Source: Pseudomonadota bacterium (GTDB lineage Bacteria > Pseudomonadota > Alphaproteobacteria > Rhodobacterales > Rhodobacteraceae). From it: a stretch of DNA of 49,305 bases. The notes below the pieces were generated by a model that was given only the letters and a program-made list of their open reading frames with translations, did not search any database and had not been told where the DNA came from. The translations under genes were made by a program, and so were the position numbers. This document shows, piece by piece, positions 1 to 7,644 of this stretch (within the stretch, counting starts at the first letter, position 1; every line of letters begins with the position of its first letter). The stretch spans positions 1 through 49,305 of the forward strand of contig JAQBUS010000001.1 in NCBI GenBank assembly GCA_027623875.1, given 5' to 3'.

Positions 1-232
1 AATTAAATAAAATAAAAAATGACTTAAGCTTTTATCCGGCATACAAGGATTTACACTTACTTTTCGTCATATTTCGAATTATACGTAGACAGACCGCAAA
101 ACATTGCCGTTAAAATAGAAAAAATACAAACAACATTTCCATCCAAAACAAAAACTAAAGAAACCCAAGTATTAACGACGCAACAAATTAATAAAAAACG
201 ACCTTTGTTGTTGAGTTTCGACCAAGACCTCA

Positions 233-961
233 TTATTCTGGAGCGTATTTGTACAAATTTAAATTAGGTCTTTTTGTTTCGCAGTGATGCCTCAAACGTC
301 TAACTTCCACTTTATTTAATATATCTAAAACTGAATCCACATAAACAGCCATCTCTTTTGGAGAAGTCCTTGGAACATCTTCAATTTTAAAGTTGTAGTT
401 AGCTTTTATTTTGTCAAAAATTTTAATTTTAGTGAGATTTATAGCCTGCCTAGTATTTTTGTGCTTTTCTGACATTTCAAGCTCGCTATCACCATTTAGC
501 AAACTTAAGAAAATATCTTTTTCGTGGTCAGTCAATATGTTCGAATATTTATTAATTATATTCTTAACGACCTCAATCTTAGAGTTTCCGTCAAAACTCT
601 CAAACGATTCGTCTTCTTCTCCGGCAGAATCACATACGACCTCAAAAAGACTCTTAATCCCTTCGTCTGTATTCACGATTCCATCTGAAAGATGTTTATC
701 TTCATCAATTCTTTTTGAAGAATTCCACTTAGTGTTATTTCTAGCGAAAGCGTAAGCCCACTTTCCGAAATCGGATTTCGAAAAATCATAACCGAATTTA
801 TCAAAAAACTTTTGTTTGTTTTTTATTAATTGAAAATTAATCGTACTCACCACCTCGCCAACTGAAAGAGTTAGATTAGTATTTAAGTGTTTACCTACAA
901 TCCTAACCAGATCCTCTTGATGGTTAGATAGAAACTCCTCGAATCTACACTTCATTTTCAT
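233..961 (-). CDS. putative phage-encoded sigma-70/ECF-like sigma factor
   Basis: 242 aa. Region-2-like segment (EVVSTINFQLIKNKQKFFDKF...FGKWAYAFARNNTKW). C-terminal region-4-like HTH (ILTDHEKDIFLSLLNGDSELEMSEKHKNTRQAINLTKIKIFDKIKA). Pattern recognition only. Confidence 0.4.
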   Translation of the reverse strand: MKMKCRFEEFLSNHQEDLVRIVGKHLNTNLTLSVGEVVSTINFQLIKNKQKFFDKFGYDFSKSDFGKWAYAFARNNTKWNSSKRIDEDKHLSDGIVNTDEGIKSLFEVVCDSAGEEDESFESFDGNSKIEVVKNIINKYSNILTDHEKDIFLSLLNGDSELEMSEKHKNTRQAINLTKIKIFDKIKANYNFKIEDVPRTSPKEMAVYVDSVLDILNKVEVRRLRHHCETKRPNLNLYKYAPE

Positions 962-2219
962 CTAAATATCCTTTCCAGTTCTTGAAAGTGTTAAGGCTAA
1001 CATTTAAAAATTTTGCAGCCTTACTGTCTGACTGACCGTTTTGGTGGTAAGCTTGAAGTATTGAAAATTTATTATCTTTGAAAAAATTTATTCTATTTTC
1101 CAAATGCCTTTTTTTGGCAGCTTCGCTCACGTTTCTAGCTCTAATTTCTGGAGAGCAGAATTCATTGGAAAAATCTTCGTCTTCCTTTTTAAACCTATAA
1201 ATTAAATTTTCAAGATACAATTTACTTATGCCCATAAGTTCTGCCGTTTTTTTTCTATTAAAGCCGGTTTCTCTCATGAATTTAATTATGTTATCTTTAT
1301 GGGCTTTTTTTATTTTCAACTTTTTAGATTCAAGGGTAGGAGTAATGCTTTTTTTCCATTTTTCATAAGCCTCTGTCCCTTTCTTGTTGGGAGGAGGGCG
1401 CCACTTCCTATCTTTGGTGATTTTAGACATTTTAGCTTTATACTCAGGAGTTTTAGTGAAAGAATAGTCTTGCCCCCTTTTAAAGGTAAGGGGAAAATCC
1501 TTTTTCCAATCCACTTTTGGAAATCTATCCAAAGCCCTTCTCATGACACTGCGAGAAACTCCCGCTTGCTCTGAAGCATATTGAATATTTCCACCACATT
1601 TACGCATTAGGGATTTGATGAAATCTAATTCCATTTGCTTATGCTTAGGGTTATTAAAAGAGGCATGTCCTTTGATTATTTTATTTTCTTTGAGGTATTT
1701 TTCACTATTACATTCTTCAGTTAAATCTGGACACAAAGGTTTAAATGAATTTTTTATATACTCCTTGTTTAGATTTTTAACAGCCTTCCTTAAGCGATTC
1801 TTATTTTCCTCGCTTAAGTTTTTTGGCCCTCCATTGAATCGAGTCAACTGCCCTTTTAAACGCTCCTTCTCAAACTTGAACAACTTATTCCAGTCATTAG
1901 GAAAAGAAATCGACCTTATAGACTCCCACTGGGAAATAGATAACGGTTTATTTAAGGAAGCCATCTGCCATTTTCCATGAATCATAGAAATTGTGAAGCT
2001 TTTAACTTTGAGGAATAAATCGTTTTCCTCAAGCCTTTCAGTTAAAATTTTCCTAGCTAATTCAGCGGAGCGAGCCTTAACAATCGTCTTGAAATCTCTC
2101 TCTTTCGAATTTTTATATATTTCCGTATAACTAATGAACCAGTACTGATCATGGGCAAATTTTTGCCTTCTAACTTTTTTTTGCTTAAATTTTGAAGTTT
2201 TAAAATCCATAGTAAGCAT
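945..2219 (-). CDS. DNA-binding protein with three Fis-type helix-turn-helix modules
   Basis: 424 aa with three HTH-like segments: GGNIQYASEQAGVSRSVMRRALDRF, FNRKKTAELMGISKLYLENLIYRF, NGQSDSKAAKFLNVSLNTFKNWKGYL. The first ATG (2219) lies 1 nt after a -10 box, so the in-frame ATG at 2210 may be the real start. Overlaps the downstream sigma-like gene by 17 nt. Confidence 0.5.
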   Translation of the reverse strand: MLTMDFKTSKFKQKKVRRQKFAHDQYWFISYTEIYKNSKERDFKTIVKARSAELARKILTERLEENDLFLKVKSFTISMIHGKWQMASLNKPLSISQWESIRSISFPNDWNKLFKFEKERLKGQLTRFNGGPKNLSEENKNRLRKAVKNLNKEYIKNSFKPLCPDLTEECNSEKYLKENKIIKGHASFNNPKHKQMELDFIKSLMRKCGGNIQYASEQAGVSRSVMRRALDRFPKVDWKKDFPLTFKRGQDYSFTKTPEYKAKMSKITKDRKWRPPPNKKGTEAYEKWKKSITPTLESKKLKIKKAHKDNIIKFMRETGFNRKKTAELMGISKLYLENLIYRFKKEDEDFSNEFCSPEIRARNVSEAAKKRHLENRINFFKDNKFSILQAYHQNGQSDSKAAKFLNVSLNTFKNWKGYLDENEV

Positions 2220-2220
2220 T

Positions 2221-2249
2221 ATTATACCATATCAAATAAGAAAGGTCAA
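2221..2249 (-). promoter_or_regulatory. sigma70-type promoter TTGACC-17nt-TATAAT
   Basis: Minus strand reads gccTTGACCtttcttatttgatatggTATAATaATGcttactATG. The TGA of the -35 box is the stop codon of ORF 2246..2428. The second ATG is 10 nt after the -10 box. Confidence 0.6.
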
Positions 2250-2428
2250 GGCTTTTTTTTCCACTTGCAGTAACTTGGGTTTTCTAAGCGCTTTCTCTTC
2301 ATATAGTCGCGCTTCTGCTTCCTACGCCTCTCCCTATCTCTCTCGTCATAAGCCTTACGCGCTCGAGATATAGACTCCTTACCTTTTGAGCTTTCGGCGT
2401 ATTTTTTTTGATAATCGTCTTTCGCCAT
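2246..2428 (-). CDS. small highly basic protein (60 aa), unknown function
   Basis: ORF with a Lys/Arg-rich sequence (RERRRKQKRDYMKRKRLENPSYCKWKKKP). Same strand and packing as its neighbours. Confidence 0.45.
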   Translation of the reverse strand: MAKDDYQKKYAESSKGKESISRARKAYDERDRERRRKQKRDYMKRKRLENPSYCKWKKKP

Positions 2429-2482
2429 ATATCGTCCACTAGTAGTCGGTCTGTATAATTTTTTTTTTTCGAAAATAGAATT

Positions 2483-2689
2483 TTAATCTTCTAAATCTAT
2501 ATCCATGAATCCATTCCCAGACTCGATAAGTTCTTGGATTTTTTCTTGAAAAGCTCCAATCATTACAAAAGTATTAATATCAAACTCATCTAGATATCTA
2601 TTGACTAAGTCGTCAATTTCAAAACGAAAAGCGTCAGTTTGCTCGTCATAATCCTTTGGCCCACCAATATAGAATTCGTCATCGTCCAT
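2483..2689 (-). CDS. small highly acidic protein (68 aa), unknown function
   Basis: ORF rich in Asp/Glu (MDDDEFYIGGPKDYDEQTDAFRFEIDDLV...MDIDLED). Confidence 0.45.
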   Translation of the reverse strand: MDDDEFYIGGPKDYDEQTDAFRFEIDDLVNRYLDEFDINTFVMIGAFQEKIQELIESGNGFMDIDLED

Positions 2690-2732
2690 ACCTTTATATA
2701 CACTTATAATAAAATTAATAAACGATTTTTCA

Positions 2733-2767
2733 ACATAACGAAAAGAGCCGCCCCGTAGGGCGGCTCT
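2733..2767 (-). terminator. rho-independent terminator
   Basis: Perfect 10-bp GC-rich stem agagccgccc / gggcggctct (2744-2753 and 2758-2767) with a 4-nt loop. On the minus strand it is followed by TTTCGTTATGTTG and lies 25 nt downstream of the stop of ORF 2792..3028. Confidence 0.8.
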
Positions 2768-2791
2768 TGATTAGTTGTGGCTGATTTTAAA

Positions 2792-3028
2792 TCAACTCTG
2801 ATCTTGCTTCTGTAGGACGCCTACAATCAATAATAGAGTGATTAACCCTGCGAGACTAGCCCCTTCCCCAACAAAGCCATTTACAATGCTCTGTAGGTTT
2901 GCGATGACATTCATCCCAGCTGCTTCACCGAACACGACTTGAGCTAAAACAAGAAGTCCGATGACTGACGTTAATACTGTGAATATACCTCCAGTGGAGG
3001 CTTTTATTGTGTTTACTACGTTTTCCAT
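2792..3028 (-). CDS. small membrane protein with two hydrophobic helices
   Basis: 78 aa. Two long hydrophobic stretches (GGIFTVLTSVIGLLVLAQVVF and ASLAGLITLLLIVGVL). Followed by a strong terminator. Confidence 0.55.
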   Translation of the reverse strand: MENVVNTIKASTGGIFTVLTSVIGLLVLAQVVFGEAAGMNVIANLQSIVNGFVGEGASLAGLITLLLIVGVLQKQDQS

Positions 3029-3046
3029 GATAATATTTATTTGAGA

Positions 3047-3715
3047 TTAGAATTTAACACTTAATCCAACGCCCCAAAGGGTTTCGTTTTCTCTAGTGTC
3101 GTTATCGGACACGGCTACATCCGCATACAAGTCTACATTATCCTTAATAGTCTTAGTTGCGGTAAGCTTTGCTCCAAGATAAGTGCTGTCGACTAAAGAG
3201 GAGACATCAGTGTTACCAAGAATACCAGCAAGCTCTAGATTTACAACTTCCAAATCAATATCGTAACTGACCCGACCTTCAAATGTATAAAGGCTATCAT
3301 CAGTATCCCGATAAACGCTAACACTAGGAGATAGTGGGAAGTTTAAGCCTACAGACGCAAAAGCCTCTAGGTTATCGCCAGAGACACTGTTGTCGGTATT
3401 GTATACTCCAACATAAGCATTAAGCTTATCCTCAAAGAAAGAGGTTCCGAGACCTACAGTTAGTTCATTGTTATCCGCACCGCTGGAGGTCGTGCTTTGG
3501 TTCGTAAAGAAATCCCCAAAGACATCGACAGACCCAAGGCCGACATTAAACCCGACTTGGGCTTGAATAGCATCCTGAGAAACTAGCTGACCGCGACGAT
3601 GGTAATCTGAGGAAAATTTAGTCCCCATATTCCCGTTTACGGAAGGAGCTTCTGCAGAAGCGACGTTAATAGAAAGCCCTAGAAGGGCAATTAGTTTTAT
3701 TAGTTTATTTTTCAT
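3047..3715 (-). CDS. TorF / Gcw_chp-like outer-membrane beta-barrel protein with signal peptide
   Basis: 222 aa. N-terminal signal peptide MKNKLIKLIALLGLSINVASA|EA. Family-like motif FSSDYHRRGQLVSQDAIQAQVGFN. Alternating beta-strand pattern throughout. C-terminal aromatic OMP signature ...WGVGLSVKF. Confidence 0.6.
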   Translation of the reverse strand: MKNKLIKLIALLGLSINVASAEAPSVNGNMGTKFSSDYHRRGQLVSQDAIQAQVGFNVGLGSVDVFGDFFTNQSTTSSGADNNELTVGLGTSFFEDKLNAYVGVYNTDNSVSGDNLEAFASVGLNFPLSPSVSVYRDTDDSLYTFEGRVSYDIDLEVVNLELAGILGNTDVSSLVDSTYLGAKLTATKTIKDNVDLYADVAVSDNDTRENETLWGVGLSVKF

Positions 3716-3736
3716 GTTTTTATTGATTAATGAAAG

Positions 3737-3910
3737 TTATATTTTCTTTTTAGCTACATGCTCGCCTACATTTCCAGCGGCATAAAGTCCAAAAATCCAT
3801 TTTACAAAATCAGCCCAATCTTTAAATTCAGCCATACCGTAGAGTAAAGCTGCGCTTGCGCAAGCAAAGCAAATCGTAGCGCATAATAGTTTTCTACTTT
3901 TTAAATTCAT
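3737..3910 (-). CDS. small hypothetical membrane-associated protein (57 aa)
   Basis: Translated by hand (below the ORF-track cutoff): MNLKSRKLLCATICFACASAALLYGMAEFKDWADFVKWIFGLYAAGNVGEHVAKKKI. It fills the gap between two minus-strand genes. Confidence 0.35.
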   Translation of the reverse strand: MNLKSRKLLCATICFACASAALLYGMAEFKDWADFVKWIFGLYAAGNVGEHVAKKKI

Positions 3911-3922
3911 AATTATCTTTCT

Positions 3923-4543
3923 TTATTGTATTCTTATTTCTTTCCAGTTTACTTGGTTGTTTTTTACTAAATCTCTAATGTGTCGTTGTTTTGAGTTGAG
4001 TTGACTTTTTCCGCTTTTAATTTCAATTAAAGTTACTGCGTCGTCGTCAAATGATATATAATCTATAGGTTTACCTAGGAAGGTGCAGTTCTCAGGGTCA
4101 AAATCAAATTGATCTAAAAATGGAGCTAATGTCTCTGCTATATGACCCAATCTTACTTCGCTACTTTTCTTTTGTGATAAAACTTTTTTTCTAGACTCAG
4201 TTTCTTCTTCTAAGTTTTTTTCTAAATTTTGTAAGCGAACAGTTAGTTCAAGTTCTTTTTCGCCCAACTCTTTCTCTTTTTTAGAGATTGATTCTTGTTC
4301 TCGACTTAGTATCCTTCTCAAATCTGCAGTTGATTCGTGAAATCTAGATTCTCTAAGGTCTTGAGATTTTTTACTTTGGTTTAATTGATTCTCTAAGGAA
4401 ACTAATTGAGACTTTAGGGAATCGGCGTTAAATTTAAACTTTTGCTCAGATTGCTGTACTCTTTTTAATCTTAATGCAATAGCTATTACACATATAATAA
4501 CACAAAACAATAAAAATTCAACGATAAAATTCATAAAAAGCAA
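3923..4543 (-). CDS. membrane-anchored coiled-coil protein with C-terminal Holliday-junction-resolvase-like (COG4741-type) nuclease domain
   Basis: N-terminal TM helix (FIVEFLLFCVIICVIAIAL), a long charged coiled coil, then GKPIDYISFDDDAVTLIEIKSGKSQLNSKQRHIRDLV (Hjc/PD-(D/E)XK-like D...E-x-K). The track start at 4543 is TTG; an ATG at 4534 is equally plausible. Confidence 0.5.
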   Translation of the reverse strand: MLFMNFIVEFLLFCVIICVIAIALRLKRVQQSEQKFKFNADSLKSQLVSLENQLNQSKKSQDLRESRFHESTADLRRILSREQESISKKEKELGEKELELTVRLQNLEKNLEEETESRKKVLSQKKSSEVRLGHIAETLAPFLDQFDFDPENCTFLGKPIDYISFDDDAVTLIEIKSGKSQLNSKQRHIRDLVKNNQVNWKEIRIQ

Positions 4544-4550
4544 AAAAAAG

Positions 4551-4790
4551 TTACTTAGACTTCTTTTTGCAGCAAGGCTTCTGAGGTTCGCTTTTACAAT
4601 CCGATCCCGATAAATCAGTAAAAGCCCTGAGTTTTTGAACCTCTTTCAATATATAATCGAGTTTGGATCGCAATTTAGAGTCATTATGATGAGTCTGCAG
4701 TTCGAGGTCGTCAACTTTTGCCTGTAACATTATGATGCTGTTTTTTAATTTTAAATGAGAGGTCTCATTTTGCTCTGAATCGCTACTCAT
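4551..4790 (-). CDS. hypothetical coiled-coil protein (79 aa) with Cys/Lys-rich C-terminus
   Basis: ORF overlapping the upstream gene by 4 nt. C-terminus is CKSEPQKPCCKKKSK. Confidence 0.4.
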   Translation of the reverse strand: MSSDSEQNETSHLKLKNSIIMLQAKVDDLELQTHHNDSKLRSKLDYILKEVQKLRAFTDLSGSDCKSEPQKPCCKKKSK

Positions 4791-5023
4791 TTTTTAGTTA
4801 AAGAAACTATCCTATCATGTCTAAATGATCGGACTTCATTTCGAGCAAAGCAATAAGCCTTAAAACCTGCATTGTCTCGATTCTGCTTTTTATTGCTAAA
4901 TGAGTTATACAAATTTATACTTCCGATTAAATAAGTTTTGATTTTGTCGTCTCTGTTTTTATAAACAACGTAATACTTGCTAGAATTAAATTGAGATATT
5001 TTATTTAAAAAATTTTTAATCAT
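4787..5023 (-). CDS. stand-alone WYL-like domain protein (78 aa)
   Basis: C-terminal GFKAYCFARNEVRSFRHDRIVSL matches the conserved end of WYL domains (aromatic-x-C...R-x-F-R-x-D-R-I). Confidence 0.35.
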   Translation of the reverse strand: MIKNFLNKISQFNSSKYYVVYKNRDDKIKTYLIGSINLYNSFSNKKQNRDNAGFKAYCFARNEVRSFRHDRIVSLTKK

Positions 5024-5032
5024 ATTAACAAA

Positions 5033-5236
5033 TCAATCTTCATGTGGAGTTATACCTCTAGACTCACAGTAAGCTACTGAATAACCAGTCTTAAAATGAA
5101 ACTTTTCTATCCACATTATCATTCCTAATATAACGTAAGGTTCCCAAGAGGAATAGCTAAGATTCATAAAAAGTAAAGTGCCTATTACGATGTAAGGGCA
5201 GAATTTGTTTAAACAATAATTAATTACAGCTTCCAT
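5033..5236 (-). CDS. small hydrophobic protein (67 aa)
   Basis: ORF with a hydrophobic core (PYIVIGTLLFMNL...VILGMIMWI). Confidence 0.35.
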   Translation of the reverse strand: MEAVINYCLNKFCPYIVIGTLLFMNLSYSSWEPYVILGMIMWIEKFHFKTGYSVAYCESRGITPHED

Positions 5237-5573
5237 CTTTTTTCTTTTTTATATATCTAGTATAATCTTTCTCTCCAAAACAATTAACATAACCCCTACC
5301 GTAGTGATCCATGAATGTGCCTCCAATTTCTAAGCTTTTAACCTTCGATAGCAAAGCTTTAAGGTCATCCGTAAGGCTGTCAGAGCCAGTTTCAATTGCA
5401 GATACAGTTGCGGTTACGGAATGAAGTCTTAAACTGTCTATTTTTACAGGAGAACCTTTAAAATGAAACTTGAAAGATTCACTATTTGAGGAATTTTTTA
5501 TTAACTTTATCAAGGATGATCGACTCGGATGCATAAACTCCAAATCATAATGGCAAGCGTTTGATTTATTCAT
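5220..5573 (-). CDS. hypothetical protein (117 aa)
   Basis: ORF that overlaps both neighbouring genes in operon fashion. Confidence 0.4.
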   Translation of the reverse strand: MNKSNACHYDLEFMHPSRSSLIKLIKNSSNSESFKFHFKGSPVKIDSLRLHSVTATVSAIETGSDSLTDDLKALLSKVKSLEIGGTFMDHYGRGYVNCFGEKDYTRYIKKKKDGSCN

Positions 5574-5796
5574 TGTCTAACTCTTTCATCCATTTAGGTT
5601 TGAAAGCGTTTGGAAAAACCTCTTCAAATCTATTTTTAAATTTATCACTAACGTTTCTAGGTATATCTCCCTTTCCATTACTATGGGAATCGTTAAAGAT
5701 TGTGTCTCTAGAACAGCTCATTTTATTATCCTTGCAATACTGCTTAAAGCCGTCTTGCGCTTTATTTACCTCTTTGCTTGTGTGGTCTTCGCTCAT
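5566..5796 (-). CDS. hypothetical protein (76 aa)
   Basis: ORF whose ATG lies 9 nt downstream of a consensus promoter. Confidence 0.45.
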   Translation of the reverse strand: MSEDHTSKEVNKAQDGFKQYCKDNKMSCSRDTIFNDSHSNGKGDIPRNVSDKFKNRFEEVFPNAFKPKWMKELDNE

Positions 5797-5805
5797 TATG
5801 TATAT

Positions 5806-5834
5806 ATATTAACAAATAATTCAAGAAATGTCAA
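5806..5834 (-). promoter_or_regulatory. sigma70-type promoter TTGACA-17nt-TAATAT
   Basis: Minus strand reads ccTTGACAtttcttgaattatttgtTAATATatatacataATG, with the ATG at 5796. Confidence 0.65.
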
Positions 5835-5837
5835 GGT

Positions 5838-6200
5838 TTATATTCCGTATAAAGAATTTAAGATGTTTTTAGACTTTTCTCTAAGCTCACCCATTCTCTC
5901 TTTAGAAATTTCATCTTTAACTTTTTTATCTTCCAAAGCTTTTTCTAAATCTTTTTGTTTTTCACCCTCTCTATCCTCCTCGGCATCGCTACCCTTAGCT
6001 ACAACCAAAAAAGTAATCTCATGGTTTGCGCTTTCACGAATCAATTCTTTAGAGTAATCAATTAAATCAAGGTATTGCTCCTGCTCTAAGACTTCGTAGG
6101 ACTCCCAGTTTTGAATTTTTTCAGCTAGAGTGTTGCTAGTGACTAATGCGAATTTAATTTGTCTATGACTCTTCATTTGATTTTTCCCACTGGTATACAT
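5838..6200 (-). CDS. hypothetical protein (120 aa), charged C-terminal half
   Basis: ORF only. Overlaps the upstream gene by 38 nt, so an internal Met (MKSHRQ, at 6176) may be the start. Confidence 0.4.
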   Translation of the reverse strand: MYTSGKNQMKSHRQIKFALVTSNTLAEKIQNWESYEVLEQEQYLDLIDYSKELIRESANHEITFLVVAKGSDAEEDREGEKQKDLEKALEDKKVKDEISKERMGELREKSKNILNSLYGI

Positions 6201-6681
6201 TTTCCAAATCTAAAATGTTGGACATTTTAACTTGAGTAATCTGGTCTAATTTACCCTCTCTTTGGTAAATTTTATATTTAGCTTCCCAACTATTCTGCAC
6301 GAAGGGGAGATCAAAATCTATATTTGAATTAACATATTGAAGCAACCTTTTTCTGTTAACAAAAATATACTTATCCTCAAGTTCGAAAACTACTAGGTCA
6401 GAACCCCCATAAAGCCAGCCGAATTCCCCATTGACAGTTCGGAGTTCTACCCAAGCCCAATTATCATTTGGTTTTTTATTGCTCCTGTTGGTTTTTTTTC
6501 TAGATTTTAAAGAAATCCTAACAGAAACAGGGCCAGATTTACCCTTTCCAACTAATATAAAGTTAACGAATTCATTAAACTCTTCCTGCGTTGGCTTTTT
6601 GAGTATGTAGCCTCTTTTTTTAGCTTCAGAAATAAATTCTCTTCCCCATATTTTCTGGGGTTTTCTATTTTTGTTAATCAT
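6163..6681 (-). CDS. hypothetical protein (172 aa)
   Basis: ORF only. The SDLVVFELEDKYIFV segment is weakly reminiscent of a D...E-x-K nuclease motif, which is not enough for a call. Confidence 0.4.
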   Translation of the reverse strand: MINKNRKPQKIWGREFISEAKKRGYILKKPTQEEFNEFVNFILVGKGKSGPVSVRISLKSRKKTNRSNKKPNDNWAWVELRTVNGEFGWLYGGSDLVVFELEDKYIFVNRKRLLQYVNSNIDFDLPFVQNSWEAKYKIYQREGKLDQITQVKMSNILDLENVYQWEKSNEES

Positions 6682-6865
6682 TTTTATTTTTAATTGAAAA
6701 GCCTAAATTTCTAAGCCAAACTTTACTAACTGGAACTCTTGCGTTTTCATTGATGTAACTTTTTAAATCATCTAAGGAGATGTATTCAAAAGAATTAGAA
6801 CCTTTTGTGCGCCCGCTGCCTCTTTTCCTAGGTAAGCCATCTTTATTTACAGTTGGGTTTATCAT
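6674..6865 (-). CDS. small basic protein with AT-hook-like N-terminus (63 aa)
   Basis: The segment GLPRKRGSGRTKGS resembles an AT-hook (RGR core). Confidence 0.35.
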   Translation of the reverse strand: MINPTVNKDGLPRKRGSGRTKGSNSFEYISLDDLKSYINENARVPVSKVWLRNLGFSIKNKND

Positions 6866-6892
6866 GATAATACACTTGAACGTCGTGTTTAC

Positions 6893-7105
6893 CTATCGAA
6901 TGTAATGCGGAGAGGTAGTTTTCTTTATAGAAACTATGTTTGGGCAAAAAGATTTATCAAACTCTTTAACCATTTTAATTAAGGATTTGGACCTTTCTAC
7001 AGCTTCAGACTTTTTAACATAATTAGTCGGCTCAACCCTTCGACCATCCCTAGTGACAACATACACTGGATCTACAATTGAATTTAATGAATTATCTTCT
7101 TCCAT
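6893..7105 (-). CDS. hypothetical protein (70 aa)
   Basis: ORF only. Confidence 0.35.
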   Translation of the reverse strand: MEEDNSLNSIVDPVYVVTRDGRRVEPTNYVKKSEAVERSKSLIKMVKEFDKSFCPNIVSIKKTTSPHYIR

Positions 7106-7284
7106 TCTGATTTATCTTTTTTTGAAATTTCTTTAATTTCTACCTTGAAACCTATTAAGCCTCCAGAATTACACGTTTCTTCAAACATTGACTTGGCTGT
7201 TTCGGGGCTGTTTGCACTATAATATCTATAATGGTTTCTCTTTTCCGAGTCCACTGTATATTTAAACCTATATTTATCAGCCAT
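7084..7284 (-). CDS. hypothetical protein (66 aa)
   Basis: ORF with an AAAGG about 10 nt upstream of the ATG. Confidence 0.4.
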   Translation of the reverse strand: MADKYRFKYTVDSEKRNHYRYYSANSPETAKSMFEETCNSGGLIGFKVEIKEISKKDKSEWKKIIH

Positions 7285-7300
7285 AATTTCAACCTTTTAG

Positions 7301-7627
7301 TTAAAAAGGTAAAATATCGTCAGCCTCCTGCTCTTGGGCTTCCTCCTTATCTTCGATCTTTTTTTCAGCCTGCTGCTTGAGAGGTGGCTTTGTTAGGCTA
7401 GCAGAATCCTCCCTAGGCGCTGACACATACAGGATGACATCTGGAGCGTTTGGAGATTCTTCTTTTTTCTTATTTGAGAATCCCACGATATTTAAATCTG
7501 ACTCAGTATCAAAATCCTTAAGCTTTAGTTTTCCAGAGAAATAGTTTTGATTCTTCCCCTCCTTCTTCCATAGCGCTCCAATTTCTCTCTGCTTCCAGAC
7601 GTTTTCTTTTGTATTTTCTTCACTCAT
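7301..7627 (-). CDS. small protein with bacterial-SSB-like acidic C-terminal tip (candidate ssDNA-binding protein or SSB-tail mimic)
   Basis: 108 aa. Compact N-terminal domain (IGALWKKEGKNQNYFSGKLKL...), a Pro/Glu/Lys-rich linker, and the terminal EQEADDILPF, which resembles the E. coli SSB tip DDDIPF. Confidence 0.4.
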   Translation of the reverse strand: MSEENTKENVWKQREIGALWKKEGKNQNYFSGKLKLKDFDTESDLNIVGFSNKKKEESPNAPDVILYVSAPREDSASLTKPPLKQQAEKKIEDKEEAQEQEADDILPF

Positions 7628-7644
7628 ATTTTATACCTGTGTTT

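Noticed and set aside
6866-6892. A TATTAT box preceded by GTG directly upstream of the ATG at 6865, as a possible further promoter.
   Set aside because: The -10-like hexamer ends 1 nt before the ATG, and the -35 position reads TAGGTA (3 of 6 matches). This is too weak to report as a feature.
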